Assembly (NCBI GenBank): GCA_965203355.1 | Contig: OZ241889.1 | Location: forward strand, 1,056,001-1,120,000 | From: Candidatus Latescibacterota bacterium | GTDB taxonomy: Bacteria > Latescibacterota > UBA2968 > UBA8231 | Direction: 5' to 3' | DNA: 64,000 nt | Shown here: one piece after another, positions 57,458 to 64,000 of the stretch | Layout: each line of letters begins with the position of its first letter | Numbering within the stretch: the first letter of the stretch is position 1 | The notes under the pieces: generated by a model | Databases searched by the model: none | Seen by the model: the letters and a program-made list of their open reading frames with translations, nothing else | What the model was told of the DNA's origin: nothing | Translations under genes and position numbers: made by a program

Positions 57458-58170
57458 AACCCCTCCTCCAAGAGCTGCTGGGCCGCGGCTTGCGCCCTGG
57501 CCGCGGCTCTTGGCAAATCCCATTGCCCGCGCGTCCGCTGCTCGACGATGTTGCTCATGGCGCGCAATTCGGCAAAAGGCACTTCGTACAGGGCGCATAG
57601 GTGCGCGGCGGCCGCACCTTCCATGTTTTCGCACAAGGCTCCAAAGCGTCGCCCCCGTTCCACCCCCAATTCGTCCGTGCCCGTGCATTCCTGCACGGTG
57701 ACGAACGGGCCAATGTGGGCTTCCGGTAAAGCCGCGGCTACTCGCTGCACCCACTGCTCGTCGATGGGAAAGCAATTGTAGTAAGAACGCCTTTTCTCCA
57801 GCACTGGAATGCCGATCCGCTCGGCGCCCTGCCAGCCGTCTGGCGTCCGCACCCCCAAGTCTCCGTAGTGTTCTTCGCTGGCCACGGCCAAGTCCCCGAC
57901 GCTCGCGCCGCTCTCTGGATACGCCCCACCTACGCCGATTTGCACAACCCGCTGCGGCCGCTGCACCTGCAAGTAGCAAGTGAGTGCGTGCGCCGTGTTC
58001 ACCGCGCCGATCCCGGTCGCCACCAAGGTCACCGGCTGCGCGCCAATTTTCCCGCTCACCCAGGCGCGCTCGGCCACGTTGCGCTGTACGCGCTCGGCCA
58101 CGGCCTCCCTTAGAGCAAGCTGCTCAAAGGGCGTCGCGCTCAGCACGAGTATGTCTTCCGTGGCCGTCAT
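57448..58170 (-). CDS. mqnB: Futalosine hydrolase
   Basis: TGIGAVNTA, GVGGAY, YGDLG, ENMEGAAAA, RAMSN; directly upstream of mqnD. Confidence 0.9.
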   Translation of the reverse strand: MTATEDILVLSATPFEQLALREAVAERVQRNVAERAWVSGKIGAQPVTLVATGIGAVNTAHALTCYLQVQRPQRVVQIGVGGAYPESGASVGDLAVASEEHYGDLGVRTPDGWQGAERIGIPVLEKRRSYYNCFPIDEQWVQRVAAALPEAHIGPFVTVQECTGTDELGVERGRRFGALCENMEGAAAAHLCALYEVPFAELRAMSNIVEQRTRGQWDLPRAAARAQAAAQQLLEEGLCA

Positions 58171-58272
58171 CGGGCACTCCTATTAAAATGCCGAATAATA
58201 TACGGTTGACTACACGGAGGGCCAGCCGTACACTCCGGCTAGTCCGCTTTCCCCAAATCCCCGAATCGCCTT

Positions 58273-59445
58273 ATGCACATCTGCCACATCCGCGTGTACT
58301 CGGTCGCCGTCCCCCGCGTGTACCAAACCCGCGTAGCCCCCACGGGCGGTCACAGCAAGAATGCCTCGCGCTACTACCTGCTAGAGCTTGAGACGAATAC
58401 CGGCCTGCGCGGCCTCGGCGAAATCTCGGATCTAGAAGATGCGTGGCAAGTGCCGTCGCCGGAGACCTTGTGCGAGACTCTGACGCCCCTGCTCGCCGGT
58501 GCCGATCCGCGCAAACGCCTCCTCGCTTGGGAGCGCGTCGCCGAGGCGTTGCCCGCCAGCGATCACCCGGAATTTCGCCGACTCGTCAGTGCGGCCGTGG
58601 AAATGGCTCTGATCGATCTCGCGGGCCGGTACTACAACGCTCCGGCGTACGCGCTTTTAGGTGGCCAGTACCGGGACGCGCTCCCCATCTCTTGGGTCGC
58701 GTACATCCGCAGTGTGGACGAGCTGGCAGAGGAAATTCAGGAAAAGGTTGCCGCGGGCTTTGCGGCCTTTAAGCTCAAGGTGGGAGCCGACTTTGAGCTC
58801 GACTGCGAGCGCGTCCGCGTCTGCCGCCGGATCGTCGGCCCGGCTGCGTATCTCAAGGCCGATGCTTCGGGTGCGTGGGAAGAAGAAGAGGCCATTGAGC
58901 GAATCCGCGAGTTGGCCGCGCTGGGTGTGGATGCGGTTGAGACGCCGATCCAATGCGTCGCCCGCGAAGTGGCCAAGAACCGTCCCGAACAGGTCAACGC
59001 CGACCCGGACTCGGCCGCCTTGGCTTTGGCGAGAGTGCGCGCGGCCGTGCCTGCCGCTCTCATCGAACACGTCGCCGACTTTGCCGACTCGTTTGCCCTG
59101 GCCCTCTTGCACCACCGGGCCGTGGATGCCTTCAACGTCGCGCCCGTTCAGGCCGGTAGCTTGCACCGCGCCCAGCGGCTGACTCAGCTCGCGGCGGCCG
59201 CTGGTGTACCCGCCTTGCTCGGCAGCACGGTCGAGCTCGGCATTGGCACGGCCGCGGCCGTGCATCTCGGCGTGGCCACCAAAGCCGTCTGCTCACCCTC
59301 GGATCTGGTCGGTCCGGGCCTGCTGGCTCGCGATGTGGTCGCGCCGCGCTTGACCTATCAGCAGGGCTGCCTGCACGCTCCGACCGGGCCGGGGTTGGGC
59401 GTCGCGCTGATCTCCGAACGGATGGACCAGAAAGGAACTTCATGA
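58273..59445 (+). CDS. Mandelate racemase / muconate lactonizing enzyme family
   Basis: GLGEI, AAVEMAL.DL.G, FKLKVG, D-A-S / E-T-P metal ligands, P.GPGLGV. Confidence 0.82.
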   Translation: MHICHIRVYSVAVPRVYQTRVAPTGGHSKNASRYYLLELETNTGLRGLGEISDLEDAWQVPSPETLCETLTPLLAGADPRKRLLAWERVAEALPASDHPEFRRLVSAAVEMALIDLAGRYYNAPAYALLGGQYRDALPISWVAYIRSVDELAEEIQEKVAAGFAAFKLKVGADFELDCERVRVCRRIVGPAAYLKADASGAWEEEEAIERIRELAALGVDAVETPIQCVAREVAKNRPEQVNADPDSAALALARVRAAVPAALIEHVADFADSFALALLHHRAVDAFNVAPVQAGSLHRAQRLTQLAAAAGVPALLGSTVELGIGTAAAVHLGVATKAVCSPSDLVGPGLLARDVVAPRLTYQQGCLHAPTGPGLGVALISERMDQKGTS

Positions 59446-60479
59446 GCCAACGCCTCTCCTATGCCAGCACTGGCGTCAATATAGACCAAACCGATGCGGC
59501 CAAGCGCGCCATGGCCGCGAGCATGGAAACCGCAGACCCGCGCGTGCTCAACCGGATTGGCGCATTTGCCACCCTGCTCGACGCCCGTTTCCCCGGCTAC
59601 GCTCATCCGGTGCTGGTCCACAAGAGCGAGGAGCCTGGATCTAAGCAAAAGTTGGCTTTTGCCCACGGCCACCATCGCCGGGTGTGCTACGACATGGTCC
59701 ATCACCTCATCGACGACATCATCGTCATGGGGGCCGAGCCGATTTCGATTCAGGACGTCATCGTCTGCGGCACGATGGATGGAGCCATCGTCAACGACCT
59801 CGTCGAAGCCTTGGCAGACGCCTGTCGCCAACAGGGCTGCACTCTGACCGGCGGCGAGACCTCGGTACAGCCTGGCGTGGTCCCCGACGACCTCTACGTG
59901 TTGACCGCCAGCGTCATCGGCGTGGTCGATAAGGACAACATCCTCGACGGTCGCGCTATCGAGGCGGGCGACCAAGTTGTGGCCCTCGCTTCCAATGGCT
60001 TGCACACCAATGGCTACACACTGGTTCGCGCACTCTTAGACCGACAGCCCCGTCTGCTCACCGCAGACGTGGCCGGTGAATCCTTCCTCGATGCGGTGCT
60101 CAAACCTCACACTTGTTACTTGCAGGCTGTGCGCGGCCTTTTCACCAACCTCGGCCTCCACGGCATGGCGCACATTACCGGCGGTGGCCTCCGCGACAAC
60201 CTCAGCCGCATCTTGCCGCCGGGCCTCGACGCTCAGCTCGACTTAGCAGCCATACGGATTCCGCCGATTTTCCGCACCTTGCGCGCCGCCGGTGACCTAG
60301 CGGTGGAGGATATGCTGCGGACGTTTAACATGGGGGTGGGAATGGTGCTGGTGGTCGCGCCCGAAGCCGTAGAACAAGTGCTGGCCCACTTAGCGGCTCA
60401 AGGCTGTCGGGCCTATCGGCTTGGGGAAATCGCCGCTGGCGAGCAAGCGGTTGCATTGCAAGGGTCGCTCGCTTGGTAA
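59442..60479 (+). CDS. purM: Phosphoribosylformylglycinamidine cyclo-ligase
   Basis: SYASTGVNI, GGET, SNGLHTNGY, AHITGGGL, RTFNMGVGM. Confidence 0.92.
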   Translation: MSQRLSYASTGVNIDQTDAAKRAMAASMETADPRVLNRIGAFATLLDARFPGYAHPVLVHKSEEPGSKQKLAFAHGHHRRVCYDMVHHLIDDIIVMGAEPISIQDVIVCGTMDGAIVNDLVEALADACRQQGCTLTGGETSVQPGVVPDDLYVLTASVIGVVDKDNILDGRAIEAGDQVVALASNGLHTNGYTLVRALLDRQPRLLTADVAGESFLDAVLKPHTCYLQAVRGLFTNLGLHGMAHITGGGLRDNLSRILPPGLDAQLDLAAIRIPPIFRTLRAAGDLAVEDMLRTFNMGVGMVLVVAPEAVEQVLAHLAAQGCRAYRLGEIAAGEQAVALQGSLAW

Positions 60480-60813
60480 GCGATCATAACGACCGTTGGT
60501 AATACGGTGATTCCCGGTAATGGTACAGGTACTTTTGCAATCTCCAATTGTCGCAACGGGAGTAAAGCTAAACTTCAAAACGTATCGCTACCTACATTTG
60601 ACAAGCCTTTACTGAATTCATTAGGATATGAGCTTACAATTCACAGCGGGGGGATATAACCCCCGCCGTTTGCGGCACTTTTAGGCGGATTAACTGGGCA
60701 TGGGCACAGCGTCAATATCACAAAGAACGCCATCGCTGGGAGCGGTGCCTTGTTCTATGCTTGCGACAACGCCGAGTTTTTATTTCTGTAAGTCGTTAAA
60801 AAACAATGATTTA

Positions 60814-60827
60814 CCCCCCCCCCCCCC
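60814..60827. repeat. C14 homopolymer tract
   Basis: 14 consecutive C in the 704-bp intergenic region upstream of the surface-protein gene. Confidence 0.85.
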
Positions 60828-60946
60828 GATTTTCTTGGGCATTAAGCCCTAGCTTCACTCACCAACCTATTCGCCTCGCTCCCCTTCCTCTACGGAAGCG
60901 GGAAGCGGCCTTGCTATGCTCGGCCGCGTCGGTAAGCCCCACCGGC

Positions 60947-60990
60947 CAGTGGTCAGTGGTCAGTGGTCAGTGGTCAGTGGTCAGTGGTCA
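60947..60990. repeat. (CAGTGGT)6 heptamer repeat
   Basis: Six perfect copies; same unit as at 44283 and 46461. Confidence 0.9.
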
Positions 60991-61183
60991 CCCATCCACA
61001 TCACAAACGCAACCTCTCCTCGGTAGCTTCGCGGTTATCGGCGGGCGACGTCGTAGCCCTAGCTCTCGCCGCGAGGGATTCGTCTTTTTTAACGTTAGCA
61101 AAAACGCAAGAACGCAGCGGCTTAGTGATAGGGCTAAGTCCATTTTCTTCTGTCACTTTTCCCTTTTCTAAAGGAGTGAGATC

Positions 61184-64000
61184 ATGAGTACGCACACGCG
61201 GCTTTTTACCTTTCCTTTTTTGCTGGTTGCCAGTTTGGTGTTGGGCTGGGCCGAGCAGGTCCCGGCTCAGACCGAGAATATCGACATATCCGTTGACCGG
61301 CGTTCCGTCCGCGAGGATGGAGGGGCGCAAGATATTACGATAACCGCCGAATTAAAAGAGGCGAACGCGAAGGCCAAAGTCGATCTTTATCTTCCGCTGC
61401 GTCTTGTCGGTGTCACGTCTCGCTATTTGAACGATTTATTCACCATATCTTTCCCCTCTTTGGTGATTAAGAAGGAAGAGCGCAAGGCGACCGGGACGAT
61501 CACCATAACCCCGACAAACAATGATCGGCTCGGACCTATCCCAGTCACCGCTTCAAAAGATATTGATCCCTTGGCCCTAACGGGTACGGTCGATACAATG
61601 AAGGTTAAAGAGCGGATCAACATTCCTATCGTGATTGATATAGGCGGTTCTACTGGAACCATCGCCTTAAAAGGCAAAACCGGCCCGGACTATACGGAAC
61701 AGGGTAATACTTCTGGTGTCTTCTATATCGAAATTATTGACGACGAGCGGTTGCCCGGAAATATCACCCTTTCTTTTGAGCCGTCCAAGCTCGGCAAGCA
61801 GGCGGGTCCGACTCCGATTAAAGTGACGGCGACGTTGGATGGCGGCGCGTTGACGGACCAAGACCTTGAAACCCAGTTGGTTGTGGTTGAGGGCAAGGGG
61901 GCTACCAGCGATACGTTGGCGCGCGATGTGAATTTCTCGATTAGCGGGCTGGGAAAGCTGACCATTCCGAAGGGGCAGACCGAAGCGACGATGACGATCA
62001 CCGTTGATCCGAGTAATAAGGCGGGCAAGATCGTGCTGGGGGTCAGTGCCAGCGGTGATACGACGCTGCTGGTGAAGTTAAAACGGTTCAACAGCGCGGG
62101 TAAGCAGGTCCGAATCGACATGATTCCCAATGGTACCTTTGATCCCGATGGTTACGTTGTACCCAGTACTAAATCTAACTTTTGGGCGGATAGGTTCCCT
62201 TTTAGTAGTTGGGTCGGAGTGGACTTTGACGGCGATGGGACTGTTGGACCAGACCCAGAGGGTGATGGTCGTTACGGATACGATAACAGTGGTGGTGATG
62301 TAGACGATTCCGGCTTCGTACCTGCGGGGACCGTCTTGGTAGAAAAAGACTTGGGGATCGACTTTTTCTTCGATGACGATTATTTGGATACCTATGTGGT
62401 GCCCGACGGAAAAGTACTAACGGAAGTAGGTCAATGCTTATACGATGAATCGAGTGCTCGTCGTACGCTGTTTCACTGTACAACAATAAGTAATAACGCG
62501 AAAGTCCGACTCGGTATCGACTTTAACGGCAATAGTACCATGTCGACTAGTGGTTATGGTACCGGTAGCATCCTAAAGTATGTGGACTCTTTTGCTATTC
62601 CGCTTAAGATCAAGCCGGGCGTCATCACGGTCGAGGACGTCGCCGTCGCGCAGATCAAGAATTTTACGCTGAGTCCAGCGACGATCCGCGAGGCCGCCGG
62701 AGCGACCGACGTTGCGATGACGGTTGAATTGGAGAAAGCCTTGACCGGCGCGAAGGCGGTGGACTTTCAGATTACGGCCGGTTCTTCCGGGACGCGCGAT
62801 GTGAATTACGAAGTGGAAGTGATTGAAGGCTTGACGATCCCGGCCGGCGACACCAAAGGCACGGCAACGTTGCGCGTCACGCCGGTCGACAACAGCGGTG
62901 TGAATAATCCGTGGACGTTCGAGGTGCAAGCTAAGGTCGGCGATGACGCATCTCAGATGAAGGATGCGCCGTTCGAGATCACGGACGATGAGACGCTGAG
63001 CGATGACATTACGCTGTCGGTCAATCCGAGCGAAATCAAAGAGGACGCCGGGGCAACGACGGTGACGGTTACTGGCACGTTAGACGGCAAAGTGCTCGAC
63101 GCGAATGCGACGATCACGTTGGTCGTGGATCGGACGCCGGACAAGTCGGCGACGCGGGACGTGGATTACACGGCAGCACTTAGCTCGCTGACGATTCCAC
63201 GCGGCGCGATCACCGGCTCGACGACGATCACGATCACGCCGGTCAACGACGGCAAAGACGACAACGACGAGACGATCACGATCAAGCAGTTGACGGACAA
63301 TCTCAAGAACCAAGACGAAGACAAGATCACGGTCAGCACTGCGAAGATCACGCTGAAAGACGCGGCGAAGATGGATGATTCTGGTTCTTCGGATACGCCC
63401 GCGGCCACGGGAGGGCCGAGTTTCGGTGCGGCCGCATTAGCCTTTGAAGCGACGGTAGGTCAGGCGTTCAGCGAGGTGTTGCCGGCGGCGACGGGCGGCC
63501 AAGGAACGCTGCGGTACCGGGTCTCGTCGAGCCTGCCGATGGGGCTGTCGTTTGACGCGGCGACGCGGACGCTTTCCGGGACGCCGACGCTGGCGGGCAT
63601 GGCCTCGGTCGTCTACATGGCGTTCGATGACGCCGACAATGCCCGGGCAAAAACCATCACCATCACCGTCAGCGAGGCCCCGCCGGTCACCGTGGGCGTC
63701 GCCAGCGTGATGGCTTCGCAGTCGGCGGTGCGCGAGAACGGCGACACGGCTGAAATTCGAGTTACGGCGACGCTGTCGGGCGCGGCTCCAGCCACCGAAA
63801 CGGTCCGCTTCACGATTGTGCCGCCGGCCAGCGGCGCGATGGCCACCCGCGACGTGGATTACACGGCGGCGTTGGCCGGGACGATCACCGTTGCGGCTGG
63901 CGAGACGATGGGTTGGACGACGCTTTTCCTGTCGCCGATTGACAACGCTTCGGCGGACGGTCATAAGCACTTGGGTATCCGGGCGGCGGCTTCGGGCGGC
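61184..64000 (+). CDS. Large secreted/surface protein with Calx-beta-like and putative Ig repeats (runs off window)
   Basis: RBS AAGGAG, signal peptide MSTHTRLFTFPFLLVASLVLGWAEQVPAQ, repeated SVRED/TRDVDY..LTIP.G..G..TITITP.ND units, LPAATGG.G.L.Y..LP.GLSFDAATRTLSGTP; frame checked at several points and open to the window end. Confidence 0.85.
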   Translation, partial: MSTHTRLFTFPFLLVASLVLGWAEQVPAQTENIDISVDRRSVREDGGAQDITITAELKEANAKAKVDLYLPLRLVGVTSRYLNDLFTISFPSLVIKKEERKATGTITITPTNNDRLGPIPVTASKDIDPLALTGTVDTMKVKERINIPIVIDIGGSTGTIALKGKTGPDYTEQGNTSGVFYIEIIDDERLPGNITLSFEPSKLGKQAGPTPIKVTATLDGGALTDQDLETQLVVVEGKGATSDTLARDVNFSISGLGKLTIPKGQTEATMTITVDPSNKAGKIVLGVSASGDTTLLVKLKRFNSAGKQVRIDMIPNGTFDPDGYVVPSTKSNFWADRFPFSSWVGVDFDGDGTVGPDPEGDGRYGYDNSGGDVDDSGFVPAGTVLVEKDLGIDFFFDDDYLDTYVVPDGKVLTEVGQCLYDESSARRTLFHCTTISNNAKVRLGIDFNGNSTMSTSGYGTGSILKYVDSFAIPLKIKPGVITVEDVAVAQIKNFTLSPATIREAAGATDVAMTVELEKALTGAKAVDFQITAGSSGTRDVNYEVEVIEGLTIPAGDTKGTATLRVTPVDNSGVNNPWTFEVQAKVGDDASQMKDAPFEITDDETLSDDITLSVNPSEIKEDAGATTVTVTGTLDGKVLDANATITLVVDRTPDKSATRDVDYTAALSSLTIPRGAITGSTTITITPVNDGKDDNDETITIKQLTDNLKNQDEDKITVSTAKITLKDAAKMDDSGSSDTPAATGGPSFGAAALAFEATVGQAFSEVLPAATGGQGTLRYRVSSSLPMGLSFDAATRTLSGTPTLAGMASVVYMAFDDADNARAKTITITVSEAPPVTVGVASVMASQSAVRENGDTAEIRVTATLSGAAPATETVRFTIVPPASGAMATRDVDYTAALAGTITVAAGETMGWTTLFLSPIDNASADGHKHLGIRAAASGG

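Noticed and set aside
57458-57979. N-terminal extension of mqnD to 449 aa, as in the ORF track
   Set aside because: It overlaps mqnB in another frame; MqnD motifs start at ATG 57457 behind an AGGAGG RBS.
60643-60671. Riboswitch or purM terminator
   Set aside because: A single GC hairpin 160 bp past the stop with only a T3 tail and no aptamer consensus; kept only as part of the leader finding.

Overview
GC-rich bacterial chromosomal window, probably from an FCB/Gemmatimonadota/Latescibacterota-like organism. This is an inference from the futalosine pathway (mqnB/mqnD), hemA-ccsA, FPNPF-type C-terminal sorting domains and a Calx-beta/Ig surface protein. Most of it is housekeeping or metabolic: ltaE, ggt, a polyamine-type ABC transporter, an ECF sigma/anti-sigma pair, hemA, ccsA, moeA, anSME, mutM, clpP, a two-subunit RND pump, hisS and purM. 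Two lower-GC accessory patches stand out. (1) About 22.9-30.5 kb is a stress/defence islet: AAA-DUF4143, a HigA remnant, a Phd-RelE/ParE toxin-antitoxin pair, an Mrr-like remnant and an HTH-WYL regulator. Its best signal is a 36-bp element present twice (TGCGAC-N7-GTCGCA palindrome arranged as TGTCGC-N10-TAAGTT, a PafBC-like WYL-activated promoter layout). One copy precedes a tightly coupled collagen-like lipoprotein + tandem AAA+ ATPase + ADP-ribosylglycohydrolase operon; the other precedes a decayed secreted-protein gene. This is the top candidate for an undescribed system. (2) About 50.4-55.6 kb holds restriction-modification genes and remnants split by a sulfatase. Other observations: a 144-bp MITE with a TAA target duplication, a dispersed CAGTGGT heptamer-repeat family, two heme-c/copper-monooxygenase-like proteins, several frameshifted or truncated remnants, and a large surface protein with a C14 tract upstream. 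I found no rRNA, tRNA or CRISPR array. All family assignments come from motif reading; no database searches were run.
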